64,000 nt of DNA from a virus, in the IMG/VR virus record IMGVR_UViG_3300045988_159943, positions 32,309 through 96,308 of that record, one strand, 5' to 3'. The notes below the pieces were generated by a model. It was given only the letters and a program-made list of their open reading frames with translations. It made no database searches and was not told the DNA's origin. Shown piece after piece: positions 49,842 through 60,062 of this stretch; the first letter of the stretch is position 1, and the number at the start of each line of letters is the position of its first letter. A program made the translations under genes and the position numbers.

Positions 49842-50390
49842 TTAAGATAGATAAAGCTTTAAATCCGTACCAAGAATTTCGTCAATGGCCTTAATTTTAG
49901 CAAGACTATCAAGTGAGCCATTCATAATCTTCTCACCGGCAATATTCTTAACTGCTTGCTGAACACCCTTTGGAGCCTTCTTTAGTGCAGCTTTGAACTT
50001 ACCAATTGGAAGCTTAAATAAATCTTCAACGTCTACTTCTACAATATTGTTATACATATCTTGAAAGTCCTTACCCCACTGGGCGACTAGTTCTTCGTCT
50101 TCAATAACAATCCGAGGCCTAAAAAGGTAACTGGAACGAGTAGAACGAAGAGCCTGAAGATCTTGGAAATCAACATAAGTAACATCATTGTAGTTGGCCC
50201 AACTATAAAGCAGCTTAGATTTAGGCCCTGTCAATAGCAGCTCACCATAAGTAATACTACGACAAGGAATCTGTTCATCTGGCTCATATTTGCGAGATGT
50301 CTTAACTACAGGCTTCTTAGGAGCCTCTGTAACAACATCATTTTCTACGGATTCAACTTCATCTGCAATAATATCTTTCTTTGTTGCCAT
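49842..50390 (-). CDS. hypothetical head protein (182 aa)
   Basis: ORF preceded by the conserved motif and RBS AAAAGGAGA. Confidence 0.4.
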   Translation of the reverse strand: MATKKDIIADEVESVENDVVTEAPKKPVVKTSRKYEPDEQIPCRSITYGELLLTGPKSKLLYSWANYNDVTYVDFQDLQALRSTRSSYLFRPRIVIEDEELVAQWGKDFQDMYNNIVEVDVEDLFKLPIGKFKAALKKAPKGVQQAVKNIAGEKIMNGSLDSLAKIKAIDEILGTDLKLYLS

Positions 50391-50416
50391 ATTTTATTTA
50401 TCTCCTTTTATATCCT

Positions 50417-50431
50417 ATAATTTTGTATTGT
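50417..50431 (-). promoter_or_regulatory. conserved motif copy 4 (ACAATACAAAATTAT)
   Basis: Exact 15-mer, followed by AGGATATAAAAGGAGA and the ATG at 50390. Confidence 0.5.
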
Positions 50432-50437
50432 TATTGA

Positions 50438-51544
50438 TTAAGCAATATTCCAAACACCGAATAGTAGACCAATCATGACAGCTACGCCCATCTTAAACAT
50501 GTAACGATAGTCGTAAGTCATATCAAGATTAGTGGTATTGTCCTGAACTTGACGCATTTCAGGTTGACCTTCATTAACCAACTTTACAAACTTATTATTG
50601 CCAGTAGGCATAATAAACAGTTGCTTATCATTAATTAGTCTATTAGTAGTGTCATTTAGACGGAAACCCTGCTTCAATTCAACTAAACGAACACCCTCAA
50701 AGTAACCAATACGACCAGTGGTATTACGCTCAACCTTCATGTCGTTGGACACCCAATTGATATCTTGCATACCCTCTAACTTGCTTAGCGCAGACTTGGT
50801 GCCCATAATAACAACATCCATACCAGTAGCCATCTGAACATCTTCAATAAGGGTCATAAAGGTGTCCTTAGTAGTAGTGTTTAGAGTACCAGTCTTAACC
50901 CACTGGCCTGCTCCACCAGTACCACCAGGAAGCTTCTCAGCAGCATCACAGAAAGCCTGATAAATAGATTCATTTACAAACTTATCAACTGCCTCATATA
51001 ACTTGGTGACAAAAGTAGCAAAATCTTCAGCGCCAGTCAGTAAACGCTCGTACTCGCTATACACTGCAATACCATACCAACTTGTTGCAATAGAGAAAGA
51101 AGTTCCCTTGCCAAGTCTCTGACGATCAATATCCCAGTGGTTACCAGAGACTTTAGAAACACTTAGAATAGTCTCGTCTTCGGTATAGAAAACGTTCTGG
51201 TCACCAATGTCAATATTTCTAGTTTCAACATATTCATTAAAGAAAGGATTGTCCTGCCAGCCACTTTGTAACAGATTGGGAACAACCTCTTCAATCAAAT
51301 CAAATAAAACTTGCTGATTCTTGCGAATTGCCTTACGAATTTCTGCCTTAGTAGAGTGCTCATCACAACCAATGATTTGCTTAAACATAGATACAATCTT
51401 CTCATTAGCTTCCTTGGCACTAATACCTTCCTCAAAACTAGAATTAGCGGCATCTAACATCAGCTTATTAAAAGCATAGAACTTTGCATCGTCATTTTCA
51501 AAAATATCACGTACATGTGCATCAAAATTCATTAATTTAGCCAT
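50438..51544 (-). CDS. putative major capsid protein
   Basis: 368 aa, in the expected position after the scaffold/decoration genes. Weak resemblance to HK97-fold capsid C-termini. The call rests mainly on position and size. Confidence 0.45.
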   Translation of the reverse strand: MAKLMNFDAHVRDIFENDDAKFYAFNKLMLDAANSSFEEGISAKEANEKIVSMFKQIIGCDEHSTKAEIRKAIRKNQQVLFDLIEEVVPNLLQSGWQDNPFFNEYVETRNIDIGDQNVFYTEDETILSVSKVSGNHWDIDRQRLGKGTSFSIATSWYGIAVYSEYERLLTGAEDFATFVTKLYEAVDKFVNESIYQAFCDAAEKLPGGTGGAGQWVKTGTLNTTTKDTFMTLIEDVQMATGMDVVIMGTKSALSKLEGMQDINWVSNDMKVERNTTGRIGYFEGVRLVELKQGFRLNDTTNRLINDKQLFIMPTGNNKFVKLVNEGQPEMRQVQDNTTNLDMTYDYRYMFKMGVAVMIGLLFGVWNIA

Positions 51545-51570
51545 AATTATTACATCCTCCTTTCCTAAAC

Positions 51571-52086
51571 TTACAGGCTTACAACCTGAATCTTATACAT
51601 GTTCATATTACTACGAACAATCTTAGTTAGCACCTGAGCACAGAATTGAGTATCATCGGCAGAATCGCCTACAACATAATTCTTTGCAGAAGCGTCGAAA
51701 GTAACATACTGCTTTTCAGTAGGAGCAGTATCAAATGCTTCCTCAGATAGAGTAATTCTATCTCCAACTCTTAGGGTATAAGCACGGACTCTATCGCCTT
51801 CTGCATTATAAAATCTATCCTCAGTAGCATAACCCTGTAGTCCAGTAAAAGGAACAACAGGAGGATTTAATAGTAATAGGGGCTCATCACCAGCAGCATA
51901 AGCCTTCATCTTCCAAACTTCATCCTCATATTCATCAGCAACATAAGCATCTCTAGCAACTAGAAGACCATTATCCATGTCTTCAGTAATGGCGATACTA
52001 TAAATATGACCGCCACCAAAATTAGTGGACAAGATATTAGTAGACTCAGCTACAATGTGGCCACCCTTAATCATGTCTTGTGCCAT
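51571..52086 (-). CDS. hypothetical head protein (possible decoration protein)
   Basis: 171 aa; preceded by a motif variant. Confidence 0.35.
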   Translation of the reverse strand: MAQDMIKGGHIVAESTNILSTNFGGGHIYSIAITEDMDNGLLVARDAYVADEYEDEVWKMKAYAAGDEPLLLLNPPVVPFTGLQGYATEDRFYNAEGDRVRAYTLRVGDRITLSEEAFDTAPTEKQYVTFDASAKNYVVGDSADDTQFCAQVLTKIVRSNMNMYKIQVVSL

Positions 52087-52109
52087 AATTAAAATTCCTC
52101 ACTTTCATA

Positions 52110-52124
52110 ATAATTTAGTATTGT
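52110..52124 (-). promoter_or_regulatory. conserved motif copy 5, variant (ACAATACTAAATTAT)
   Basis: One mismatch to the consensus; about 25 nt upstream of the ATG at 52086. Confidence 0.4.
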
Positions 52125-52138
52125 AATTAAATGTAATA

Positions 52139-53791
52139 TTACTTATCAAAAAGTCCTGCGTAAGCTTCCTGCTTCTTAGACTTCTCACTAAAGTTAAATC
52201 CAATTTTCTTAATAGACTTTTTGCTACCATCAGCAGAGTAACTACCCTTAGCCATAATTTCCTCAGCAAATAAAACCTTACATTTTTCAGAAATTTCATC
52301 TACGCTAAACTTAGAAGCATCCTTCTTTAATTGCTCAAACTTCTCATTATCTGCCAAAATAGCATACTGCTCATCATTGAAAATTTCATCCTTTTGAGCC
52401 TGCTCTTGGGCAGCAACAGTGTCATCGTGGAATTTCTTTAACTCGTCATATTGAGAACGAATCATATCTAGAGCAGTCTTTTCACTCTCAGTCACAAAAG
52501 TAGAGAATACCTGTACTGCATCACCACTTAGGTTAACTTCATCGTTGTTCTTAGAATAGCTCTGCTTATAATACTTAGACTCATATCTATCCCCATTCCA
52601 GGATTCCTTCTGATAGACAAAGTAATTATCATAAACTTCACAAATCCAAGAATAAGAGTTATCATTCCAATCGGATTCCAATAAACTATACAGTGCCATA
52701 CGAATAGAATCATGACTTAGCTCAAATTCAATAGTTCCATCCTCTTTATTCAGAGAACAACGCTTCTTTTTTTTCTTTCCCCCACATCCAGCAAAGTCTT
52801 CATCATCAGAGTCTTCATCTTCTTTGGAGGCACACTTCTTCTTTTTCTTAAACTCTTCGGCGTCGCCAAAGGCTTCAGTAAAAGCATTCTCAAGCTCCTC
52901 GTCGGACAAGCCCTCAGTTGAAAAATCAAGCTCCTCTAAGGTCAATTCGTATGCTTCTAAAAGTTCATTTAGTTTGTCCATATTCTCATTCACTCCTTCC
53001 TGATTATCATTTTTTTGTATATTGAAATTAGAAATAGTAGCATTCAGCTTTTCTAAAATTTCAAACAATTTATTGTTTAACTCATTATCAGATTTATTCA
53101 TAACAGAATTATTCTCTACATTAAATTCAGCAAAAGATTCAATATCTGCACGAGACCCAGCCATCCCCTCAGTAACGTGATCTCCAAGTAAGCAAACTCC
53201 CAAAAAGGAGAAATCAATAATATCAAGGATACCAGTATTCTCATCGTAACTCATATTATCAATACTAATTTCACAACTAACTTTTGTGCCACCTTTACGA
53301 CGAATGATATCAGCAGATGCTGTATATTCGAGAGGAATTACTGCCTTGGCCATCAGATAAGTTTTATCCTGCTCTTCATCATACTGCAAAAAGGGTTCGT
53401 CATTAGTAAAACAACCAACTTGCTTTTCAATATAAATTGGATTGCCATTATCATCGAATTCTATGTCATGACTATTAAAATCAAGTACAGATGAATCGTC
53501 AGGGCTTGGAATAATTGAAGCTAAAACGGGACGATAATTGATGGTATTTTTATATTTTTCGAGATTTTCTTTAGAAATTTTTGACATGTTACGATTTTCA
53601 CCTGCATGGCAAACTTTAAATACTAAATGCATAAATCCGTCGTCAATCTGTTCTTGCACCTCTTCAAATGTGGCCATATTATCTACCCTAACACAAACCT
53701 GTTGGCCATATTCTTTTGCATCAAACTTATAAATCTTTTGAGATTTACAAAATTGTACTAAATCTTCCATTGTCAAAATTCTTTTTGGCAT
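52139..53791 (-). CDS. putative prohead protease and/or scaffolding protein
   Basis: Start corrected to MPKRILTMED, with RBS GAAAGGAGGTTTAAGAATG. Acidic, lysine-rich C-terminal half; located between the portal region and the capsid gene. Confidence 0.35.
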   Translation of the reverse strand: MPKRILTMEDLVQFCKSQKIYKFDAKEYGQQVCVRVDNMATFEEVQEQIDDGFMHLVFKVCHAGENRNMSKISKENLEKYKNTINYRPVLASIIPSPDDSSVLDFNSHDIEFDDNGNPIYIEKQVGCFTNDEPFLQYDEEQDKTYLMAKAVIPLEYTASADIIRRKGGTKVSCEISIDNMSYDENTGILDIIDFSFLGVCLLGDHVTEGMAGSRADIESFAEFNVENNSVMNKSDNELNNKLFEILEKLNATISNFNIQKNDNQEGVNENMDKLNELLEAYELTLEELDFSTEGLSDEELENAFTEAFGDAEEFKKKKKCASKEDEDSDDEDFAGCGGKKKKKRCSLNKEDGTIEFELSHDSIRMALYSLLESDWNDNSYSWICEVYDNYFVYQKESWNGDRYESKYYKQSYSKNNDEVNLSGDAVQVFSTFVTESEKTALDMIRSQYDELKKFHDDTVAAQEQAQKDEIFNDEQYAILADNEKFEQLKKDASKFSVDEISEKCKVLFAEEIMAKGSYSADGSKKSIKKIGFNFSEKSKKQEAYAGLFDK

Positions 53792-53840
53792 TCTTAAACC
53801 TCCTTTCCTTGAAAGTCTATATTGCAACTCCGAAAAGAGA

Positions 53841-54635
53841 TTACAAACTTAAACATGAATTATTTTGTTCCATTAACCATTCATCATAATATATAAATCT
53901 ATTATGCTTTTTACATCTATTACAAATAGTATCTCTATGTACATCGTTGTCTTCTGCTGCTTCTTTTACACAATCATAAATTTTATTATCAGACAACCTT
54001 ATAACCTTTCTCGCTTTTGGGTTTCCACTTCCGGTAAGCCGATCTGAATATTCTTTCCTCAATGAGTCAGTCCACTTTTTTTTCATACTTTCCTTTATTT
54101 TTTCTTTTGTATCTTGCGCGAGATGCTTTCCAATATTTATTTGTCTTAAATATTCTTTTCGTTCGTCAGTCATATTCGAAATAGCGGCACTCCTCATTTT
54201 CTGTCTTGTTTCTTTTGACAAATTTGATTTTGACTTACTAATTTTTCTTTTCGTCTCATCTGTATGATGTTTGCCATACATTGGGTTATTTTGTGGATCA
54301 GAGAATTTTTCTTTCATATGACGACTACTGGTTTCAGAATACACAATTCTTATCTCTTCATATTCTTTTGGAGTAAGTTCATATTGTCGTCCATCATTTT
54401 TTACAAATGCCATACAAGACCATGCGTATACTAGTTTCCATTCTTGAGGATTTTCCAATGCCAGTAACCTATGAGCCTCAAAATGTTCCCTAGCGAACAA
54501 GTCAATCAGGTTTTCTTCATCGTTTGTCCCACCCATACACTTTGGTAAAATATGATGACGTTCATGATATTCATCTCCACAAGCAAATCTTCCACGGGTG
54601 TCTAAAATATTTTGTATAAACTCTGTATAACTCAT
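53841..54635 (-). CDS. HNH homing endonuclease with NUMOD3/IENR-like DNA-binding repeats
   Basis: HERHHILPKCMGGTNDEENLIDLFAREHFEAHRL is an HNH motif. NPMYGKHHTDETKRKIS is a NUMOD3-like repeat. Confidence 0.8.
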   Translation of the reverse strand: MSYTEFIQNILDTRGRFACGDEYHERHHILPKCMGGTNDEENLIDLFAREHFEAHRLLALENPQEWKLVYAWSCMAFVKNDGRQYELTPKEYEEIRIVYSETSSRHMKEKFSDPQNNPMYGKHHTDETKRKISKSKSNLSKETRQKMRSAAISNMTDERKEYLRQINIGKHLAQDTKEKIKESMKKKWTDSLRKEYSDRLTGSGNPKARKVIRLSDNKIYDCVKEAAEDNDVHRDTICNRCKKHNRFIYYDEWLMEQNNSCLSL

Positions 54636-54660
54636 ATTAAAACCTCCATATTAATTTCCA

Positions 54661-54693
54661 AATTAAAAAGACGCTTACTTTTTGCGTAAGCGC
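54661..54693 (-). terminator. rho-independent terminator overlapping the 3' end of the small gene 54676..54848
   Basis: Stem cgcttac/gtaagcg with loop tttttgc, followed on the minus strand by UUUUUAAUUU. Confidence 0.45.
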
Positions 54694-54848
54694 CATTCAT
54701 TCAATAATTTCGTTATTTGCTCCCCATTTTCAAAAACCCAAAAGGTTTTTCCTGTGTTTAAATTTTTTGAATACATAATAATCTCACAACCATTTTGAAT
54801 AAAGAACTCTTTCATGGGCCATGAATAACAGTAAAAATATTTTTTCAT
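54676..54848 (-). CDS. small paralog-family protein (DUF5659-like), copy C (57 aa; not in the ORF track)
   Basis: My own translation is MKKYFYCYSWPMKEFFIQNGCEIIMYSKNLNTGKTFWVFENGEQITKLLNEWRLRKK, with RBS ATTATAGGAGAAGATACATATG. Confidence 0.45.
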
Positions 54849-54862
54849 ATGTATCTTCTCCT

Positions 54863-54877
54863 ATAATTTTGTACTGT
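54863..54877 (-). promoter_or_regulatory. conserved motif copy 6, variant (ACAGTACAAAATTAT)
   Basis: Immediately upstream of the RBS of 54676..54848. Confidence 0.45.
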
Positions 54878-55068
54878 TAAAATGTAAGCTTATTTGTAAA
54901 AACAAATTTCTTTCTATCAAGTTGCTCAAAACTAAAAGTCTTCGGGGGCTGATTGATAAAAATATATCCTCCACCGCTTTGAGACAGGAGTTTAAATCCT
55001 GCTGCTATAAAAATTTTTGCAGTTAACTCATCAGTTGTTAAAATAAACTTGTCATTTTTAGTAGGCAT
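54877..55068 (-). CDS. small paralog-family protein (DUF5659-like), copy D
   Basis: FILTTDELTAKIFIAAGFKLLSQS...YIFIN fits the family pattern. RBS TTAGGGGTGATTTAATG. Confidence 0.45.
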   Translation of the reverse strand: MPTKNDKFILTTDELTAKIFIAAGFKLLSQSGGGYIFINQPPKTFSFEQLDRKKFVFTNKLTF

Positions 55069-55081
55069 TAAATCACCCCTA

Positions 55082-55096
55082 ATAATTTTGTATTGT
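55082..55096 (-). promoter_or_regulatory. conserved motif copy 7 (ACAATACAAAATTAT)
   Basis: Exact 15-mer immediately upstream of the RBS of 54877..55068. Confidence 0.5.
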
Positions 55097-55101
55097 ATAA
55101 T

Positions 55102-56655
55102 TTACATCTTATTCTTTTCCTGATCTTTTGTCTTAGAACCTTCATCGGTAAGCTGGTCTGGAGACTTTTCTGGTGCACCACCAGTATCTCCACTTGCCGT
55201 TTGAACATAAGAACTCTGCAATGGATACTTCCAATTGTCTTGCAATTTAAGAATGTTATTTTCAAGATAAGACATACTATAACCTTCAAGAGGAGAGAGT
55301 CCAAGTAAAGCCATATATTGAGTCTTTACAGGGAGTCCAAGACTCGCCGCATCCTTAATCTGTTGAATCTTCTCGTCTTTATTATATGGCGTGACACGAA
55401 TATATTTAACTCGCATTCCATTATTAGGTAATATAACATCAATAAATCTATTTACATTTGCCTCAATTTGCCAAAGTAAAGGATTCTGACTGTACAATCC
55501 GTCTAAAATTTGGGCAGCACGTACTGCTGTTGCGCCAGTCAGTTTATCATTATCAAAAATTTGACTTACAGAAGCCGCTTCCCATAATGCTGAATTGGCC
55601 TTGCTAATTTTGTTAACATCATCTGTATCAGAATTCTCAAAATTGATTGGCTCAACAGTCATCGGTGAAAGCACTATACCAATCTGTTCTGGAACAATTC
55701 CTAACATCTTGTTATAAAAACCAACCGCAGTATCTAAGTCAACAGCAAAATCATCAGGATCAGTGGCATTACTTAAAGTATCTATCTTTGCTACTAAAAG
55801 TTTATAAATTGAAAGTTTATCTTTGACACTCATAATCCCTTGTAAGTCAGCAAGGTCAATAAGATTCTCAAATAAAGACGCAAAAGGAGGAATGACTCTA
55901 TCAGTTTGATCATAATTAAACTTTAACACAAAAGTACGAGTCGAATCTAATTCTTGCCAACGCAACTTAGAGTCACTTTTATAACTATTATACTTAGTTG
56001 TAAATTCCTTGTCCCACCATTCAAGGCTTTTTGCATTTGTACTATTATCAAAATATGAAAAATCAAATGCCATGTTTAAAGTTCCATCATAATTTATAGA
56101 ACTAATACGGCAATAGTCTGGGTCTAGTGGAAATAACACAAAACTATTAATATCACTTTCTCCACTATCATCATAATAAATATAGTTATATGACATATCT
56201 TCACGCCAACAAGTCACTAAAATACTAAAAATTTGTCCTGCTAAGTTCATTTTTTCAATCCATTTTGCTGTCGCCTCATAATTTTTTAAGATAGTTTCAT
56301 CATCATTATCTTCCGTCATACTAATATTTGGCACAATAGTATAGGCAGTTAAATCTATTTGACTAGCAAAATAAGCAATAAGCCTTCTATACTGAGAGCT
56401 CAAAACATATAAATATTGACTTAACTTTCTTAAATTCTTACTATTACTATCTGAAAGTGGATTTTTCAAATAAGTTCTCAGTGATTCTTTATTGTACGTT
56501 GTATAACTCTTTGTAGTAATATTTTCTAAGTCAATAAGTTGTAATACACTTTGAACTTGTTTTGCCCAAGCAGCTTTTTTTTGCTGTTCAGCAAACTCAG
56601 CAATCTCTTTTGCAGTCTTACTAGTTCCATGTTCTATATTTTTTGATGTAGCCAT
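55102..56655 (-). CDS. portal protein
   Basis: 517 aa, immediately downstream of the large terminase gene. Size and position are typical; weak resemblance to SPP1 gp6-family portals. Confidence 0.55.
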   Translation of the reverse strand: MATSKNIEHGTSKTAKEIAEFAEQQKKAAWAKQVQSVLQLIDLENITTKSYTTYNKESLRTYLKNPLSDSNSKNLRKLSQYLYVLSSQYRRLIAYFASQIDLTAYTIVPNISMTEDNDDETILKNYEATAKWIEKMNLAGQIFSILVTCWREDMSYNYIYYDDSGESDINSFVLFPLDPDYCRISSINYDGTLNMAFDFSYFDNSTNAKSLEWWDKEFTTKYNSYKSDSKLRWQELDSTRTFVLKFNYDQTDRVIPPFASLFENLIDLADLQGIMSVKDKLSIYKLLVAKIDTLSNATDPDDFAVDLDTAVGFYNKMLGIVPEQIGIVLSPMTVEPINFENSDTDDVNKISKANSALWEAASVSQIFDNDKLTGATAVRAAQILDGLYSQNPLLWQIEANVNRFIDVILPNNGMRVKYIRVTPYNKDEKIQQIKDAASLGLPVKTQYMALLGLSPLEGYSMSYLENNILKLQDNWKYPLQSSYVQTASGDTGGAPEKSPDQLTDEGSKTKDQEKNKM

Positions 56656-56670
56656 ACTTCACCGCCTTTC

Positions 56671-58731
56671 TTAACCAAATATAGATTCATGCCCCTGTGG
56701 AGCACGTATTTTAAATTGATCTAATATACTTTTAGTTTCAGGTTTTTTACGTTGCCTAATATTAGACATACGTTTTTCAGATAACCAATATGAAGCCATT
56801 ACATAGGTGTATGCTCGGTCATCATGAAGCTTTCCAACCTTTTCTGGTATCAATTCAAAAGAATCTTTCCCCGAATCACGTTTAATACGCCTCATATTAA
56901 CAAGTTCTTCTTTGAGTGCATCAATATTTGCTAACGCAATTTCTTGATAAGGATCTAATTTGACCATTTTGCTTTTAACAACAGAAGACTTTTTAAGTTC
57001 TTCCTTCAACCTAAAAGCAAATTCCTCTTCAGAGACTTTTTCTTTTTTGAGCCTATCTTCAATAGATTTTTTAACTTTTGCAGTTTCCGCATCATCAGTT
57101 TGGAATAAAGTTAAATATCCCTTATTATCATAATCTGCAGTGAAATTAACAAAATTACTGTTTGTCATCTCAATGGCCGATTCATACATAATAGACTTAT
57201 ACTTACTTGGTTCAAGTAATTTAACTTTATCTATTGCATTTGGATATTTTCTAGAATATCCAGTTCCAAGTTGTTTGTCTGTCTCTTTGTCAATTAATCC
57301 ATGATGAAGTTTACCTTTATGGTCAACCCAATCTTGCATCAACATATCAGCAATAACTTTACCTGCGCCACCGGCACCAGCATCAATTAAAACAGCCTCG
57401 ATATTTTTATATTCAGGAGCATCTCCGTTATAATCTAAAATTAACTGTCTTAAATAATCTACTTGATCTGGAGTTTGCATAGGAGCTTTACGTTTATTGC
57501 TAACATCAATCATATTAACACAATTAACAATGCGTCCTTTATATCCGTCACGGTCTGTATATATTTCCATAACCGTAATAATACTATTATCTCTACTTCT
57601 CGCAGGGTCAAAACATAAAACAAATTTTTTCTCATTTGTATCATTATATAACAGTGGAACTCTAGTTTCGCTATTACGTGTAATAACTCCACGCCTTATA
57701 ATTGCCTCATTGCCTGCATCAGAAGTAAATTCACAATAATATTCACGTCTTGCTTTTTCAGGATTTGTTCTTACTGCTGTTTCTATATCACTCTTTTTTA
57801 ATAACGCATTAACTACTTCACCATGAATAGTTGGCTTAAGGACTATATCACATGGCACTTGTACAACACAATAATCTCGGTCTCCCATGATTTGTCTTTT
57901 TGAAAATTCTCTATATAATCTATAAAATTTAGTATCGGTGCTAGATGCAGAACTGATATAAAATTTTTGATTGGGAATATTAGTTGCAAAAGTACGAAGT
58001 CTAATAGGATCAATCATTTTGCCATTTCTATCTTTACCAGAAGCGAATCCCTTATTAACTGCAGCAAATGCTCCATAGACTTCAAGCATTTCTTCTGATA
58101 AGAAACCACATTCGTCAAAAATAACATTACCACGCATACCACGTTTTTTATCAATATTACTATTTAACGTCTGAGTAAATGAACCATTGTATAGACTATA
58201 TTTAAATCCATTGTTTCCATGGCTAAATCCATCGCCTGATGCATTATTAATTTCAACTTCATTCTTAAAAATATAACCAGTTGAGTTTCTAAATTCGTCA
58301 ATCCCGTCATTTGCAAGACGTTCAAGGGTAGTAAATGTCTGTTCTGCCTGACTACCAGAACCAGACGCTATATAACTCCATATATTGCAGAACAACATAT
58401 CTTTTGCCATTAACATCAAGTCAATAACAGTACTTTTACCAAATGCACGACTTGCAAGGACTAACACATTTGGGCAATTCCATGTTCTTGCAACAATATA
58501 TGCCTGAGCATCAAGCAACGTAATATTAAAAAAGTCTTCAATAAATCTAACTGGGTTACATTGATAATATCTTTGTATTTCTGCAATATGTATTAAAGAT
58601 TCTAATTTTCTATCAGACATTGCATATACGCCCGGCTTAACATATATAACAGTACCATCATTAAAAATTGACATCAAATCTTCATCATCAATTCTATCGA
58701 CAATTGCAAGCGTCATATTATCCATCGTCAT
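56671..58731 (-). CDS. terL: terminase large subunit
   Basis: Walker A-like VLVLASRAFGKST, a C-terminal nuclease-like region with acidic residues, 686 aa, upstream of the portal gene. Confidence 0.7.
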   Translation of the reverse strand: MTMDNMTLAIVDRIDDEDLMSIFNDGTVIYVKPGVYAMSDRKLESLIHIAEIQRYYQCNPVRFIEDFFNITLLDAQAYIVARTWNCPNVLVLASRAFGKSTVIDLMLMAKDMLFCNIWSYIASGSGSQAEQTFTTLERLANDGIDEFRNSTGYIFKNEVEINNASGDGFSHGNNGFKYSLYNGSFTQTLNSNIDKKRGMRGNVIFDECGFLSEEMLEVYGAFAAVNKGFASGKDRNGKMIDPIRLRTFATNIPNQKFYISSASSTDTKFYRLYREFSKRQIMGDRDYCVVQVPCDIVLKPTIHGEVVNALLKKSDIETAVRTNPEKARREYYCEFTSDAGNEAIIRRGVITRNSETRVPLLYNDTNEKKFVLCFDPARSRDNSIITVMEIYTDRDGYKGRIVNCVNMIDVSNKRKAPMQTPDQVDYLRQLILDYNGDAPEYKNIEAVLIDAGAGGAGKVIADMLMQDWVDHKGKLHHGLIDKETDKQLGTGYSRKYPNAIDKVKLLEPSKYKSIMYESAIEMTNSNFVNFTADYDNKGYLTLFQTDDAETAKVKKSIEDRLKKEKVSEEEFAFRLKEELKKSSVVKSKMVKLDPYQEIALANIDALKEELVNMRRIKRDSGKDSFELIPEKVGKLHDDRAYTYVMASYWLSEKRMSNIRQRKKPETKSILDQFKIRAPQGHESIFG

Positions 58732-60010
58732 CTTCCTCCTCTTCGGGAATAACCATATCTCCGAAAGGTGAGAATAAATCTTTTAGATTTTTTAATGACC
58801 CAATGTCTAATAATTCATTTTCTTCCAACGTATCTCTTAAATCAAGATTTTCTCTTAACAAAATTCTATTTACTTCTTTATAAACATCACGTTCATTTTG
58901 AAGATCAACTATCATTTTACGTTGGTCTGCAACCATATCTGACCATTCAGATTCATCAAGACGCAATTGTTTCATTATAGAAGCGTCACTCATGTCAAGA
59001 ACTTGCTGCATACCCCTACAAGTCCCTATGTCAAACCCATTAACCTCTGCTTCTCTAAGATCCATATCTTTAAGCTTTTTAATTTTACCAGTCCAAGTGT
59101 TTTCACCCTTACTAGCATTTTTATTATGCTTTAAGCTCAAACAACTTTGTTCGGCCAATGTAGAAATTGTCGAACTAATTTTTTGTTTTGAATCTAATAA
59201 TGATTTAATTTCACCAGTTTTTCCATCTCTGCCGATATTCTTCATCGCACCAGAAATCATATCATCTATCTTTGCTTGTTGCAAAAATCCACGAACAATA
59301 GTGATGGCAGAACTGGTTCGCATCATATCCTCATTATCTCCACCCAAATCAAGATATCCAACTAACTGAGAATATAGTAATGGCTTGTCAGCTTCTGCCT
59401 CACTACCAAATGGGTCATATCCAAGCAAGCGAATAACGCTACTTTTGTTTTTCATATACTCATTATAAATTTCTTGATCCTTTGGGACTTCAACTTTTTC
59501 TTCTTTTGGGGTGATAATATCATAAGCTTCTTCTTTATTCTCTTCAATTTTTGCTTGTGTTTGATATGTAGTAAATAAATCTCCATCTTGCCAACGCATA
59601 CCTTTGTATTGGCTTAATGATGTAATATTTTTAATATAAGTTCCCCACAAAGTTGACCTTTTCAATCCTGCATTTGGATTGTTAAATTCATTATAGCTGG
59701 ACTCATAAATATCTTCAAGCCAAGGTTTATCAAGCCTTTCGAGTGCAGCCTGTATAGATGCTTTCGTGCAATCACCATATTCGCCAGTATTTGGATTGTA
59801 GTTTCTTGCAATCTTGCCAGCACAATCTCTACACATAGTTGTTAATCCAGTAAGTACAAGTGGGTCAGTGCTAACATAAAAAGCATCTTTACCTTTTTCT
59901 TTATCACAATATGGGCATAAATACTTACGATCTGGATCTACATCCTTAGTTTTAACTGCCTTTTTCCTACCTCTAGTTTCGGTTTTACGTCCACCCATCG
60001 AAGTAGCCAT
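58718..60010 (-). CDS. putative terminase small subunit or DNA-packaging accessory protein (zinc-ribbon, coiled-coil, acidic tail)
   Basis: CPYCDKEK...CRDC zinc ribbon; overlaps the terL start by 14 nt. The call is by position only. Confidence 0.3.
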   Translation of the reverse strand: MATSMGGRKTETRGRKKAVKTKDVDPDRKYLCPYCDKEKGKDAFYVSTDPLVLTGLTTMCRDCAGKIARNYNPNTGEYGDCTKASIQAALERLDKPWLEDIYESSYNEFNNPNAGLKRSTLWGTYIKNITSLSQYKGMRWQDGDLFTTYQTQAKIEENKEEAYDIITPKEEKVEVPKDQEIYNEYMKNKSSVIRLLGYDPFGSEAEADKPLLYSQLVGYLDLGGDNEDMMRTSSAITIVRGFLQQAKIDDMISGAMKNIGRDGKTGEIKSLLDSKQKISSTISTLAEQSCLSLKHNKNASKGENTWTGKIKKLKDMDLREAEVNGFDIGTCRGMQQVLDMSDASIMKQLRLDESEWSDMVADQRKMIVDLQNERDVYKEVNRILLRENLDLRDTLEENELLDIGSLKNLKDLFSPFGDMVIPEEEEDDDG

Positions 60011-60062
60011 TACTCATCCTCCCTTCTATCGAATCTTTTGTAAATAAAAAGAAGACAACGAC

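Noticed and set aside
60011-60062. Possible tenth copy of the promoter motif upstream of the TerS-like gene (minus strand ATTTACAAAAGATT)
   Set aside because: It matches only 9-10 of 15 positions, which is too degenerate to distinguish from AT-rich background.
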